Shown here piece by piece: positions 63,163-64,000 of a stretch of DNA of 64,000 bases (the stretch's first letter is position 1; the number at the start of each line of letters is the position of its first letter). Source of the stretch: Selaginella moellendorffii (taxonomy: Eukaryota; Plantae; Lycopodiophyta); contig NW_003314420.1 in assembly GCF_000143415.4 (NCBI RefSeq), positions 16,456 through 80,455 on the forward strand, written 5' to 3'. A model generated the notes under the pieces. It saw only the letters and a list, made by a program, of their open reading frames with translations. It had not been told where the DNA came from and did no database searches. A program made the position numbers and the translations under genes.

Positions 63163-64000
63163 CCTTCAATTATTTGTTCTAAAGTGAGTCACAGATCACT
63201 AAATTGGAATGAACCCAAAAAGAGTGTAGGACCAGGCTAATCCCACACAAAAACAAAATCAAAGTCATATACCTTCACACATCTTCAGATGGATAAGTGG
63301 ACTTTTTCGCAGCAGGAGAGGCTAAATTGACTGCCATTACAAACTGGTATCATGTTAATGAACCTTGTCTCGAGGCTAATAGTTACCAGTGAGATCCTAG
63401 ACCGAGCAAGATAGGCCTTCACAAACAAAACTTGGATACTTTATATTCTAAGGGGACTGTATTTGCAACTGCTCAGCATCATCTGTTCAGAATTGGATGA
63501 AAAATGGCGGCGCACATATGCTAAAACAATAGAATTTGAAAGGAAACCTGGCCCATGGCAGCCATAATTAGACTGTCCCGGCAAGCAGGGGAATCCCTCC
63601 TCCACAATGTTGAAATTCATCTGCGCACTGCAACGTTTCCCCGTAAAGAAGGGACTCAACACGCTTCTTTCTAGAGTTAACCACCTGAAATAACGAAATG
63701 AATGCCATAAAACGGCAGTCCCACCAAACCTTTCTTTGAAGCTTTTCTCCCTGTGGTCTTGGAGGAAGTGTTTATATATATGTATTACTTTCAGTACATG
63801 AACCCACATGGAGAATAGTCCATCCGAATGTTACCACCTAAGAAAAAAGTGAGTTAGTGTGGGTGAAATTCGGGAATTAATTCAGCCAAAACCTGTGTCA
63901 AGCTCCACCTTGAGGCAGTGTATTGTGCTCTACAGCATTGTCTCTTAATATATCCAGGCATGCCATTACGTGCAATATTAACCATGGATTTGGAATGATG

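Noticed and set aside
63441-63809. 122-aa minus-strand ORF
   Set aside because: May be an exon of a neighbouring gene, but no family is recognisable.

Overview
Eukaryotic, plant-like, transposon-dense 64-kb window with four N-gaps. Introns of about 50-60 bp, PLS-type PPR fragments and a spore-plant-like 5S variant suggest a lycophyte such as Selaginella (inference). One apparently intact host gene is present: Golgi alpha-mannosidase II (GH38, ~8546-12879, 5' part in a gap). The rest is nested mobile DNA and gene relics. (1) A non-coding LTR element family (LARD-like) whose LTRs carry expanding hexamer/12-mer arrays: one full copy with TSD, one truncated copy, one solo LTR and one old opposite-strand copy; two of these inserted into an old chromovirus. 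(2) A young-looking Ty3/gypsy with a 174-bp LTR, tRNA-Ala-like PBS and a canonical -1 frameshift signal (G GGA AAC plus H-type pseudoknot). (3) A complete but frameshifted hAT transposon with TIRs and an 8-bp TSD. (4) A Cassandra-like TRIM whose LTRs contain the 5S rRNA internal promoter, plus two isolated LTRs of the same family. (5) Many Helitron pieces: RPA70, Rep N-terminus, two inverted Pif1 helicase copies and at least eight hairpin-CTAG 3' ends, several joined head-to-tail. Pseudogene fragments of PPR, Serinc, BIG ARF-GEF and SNAP25 lie among them.
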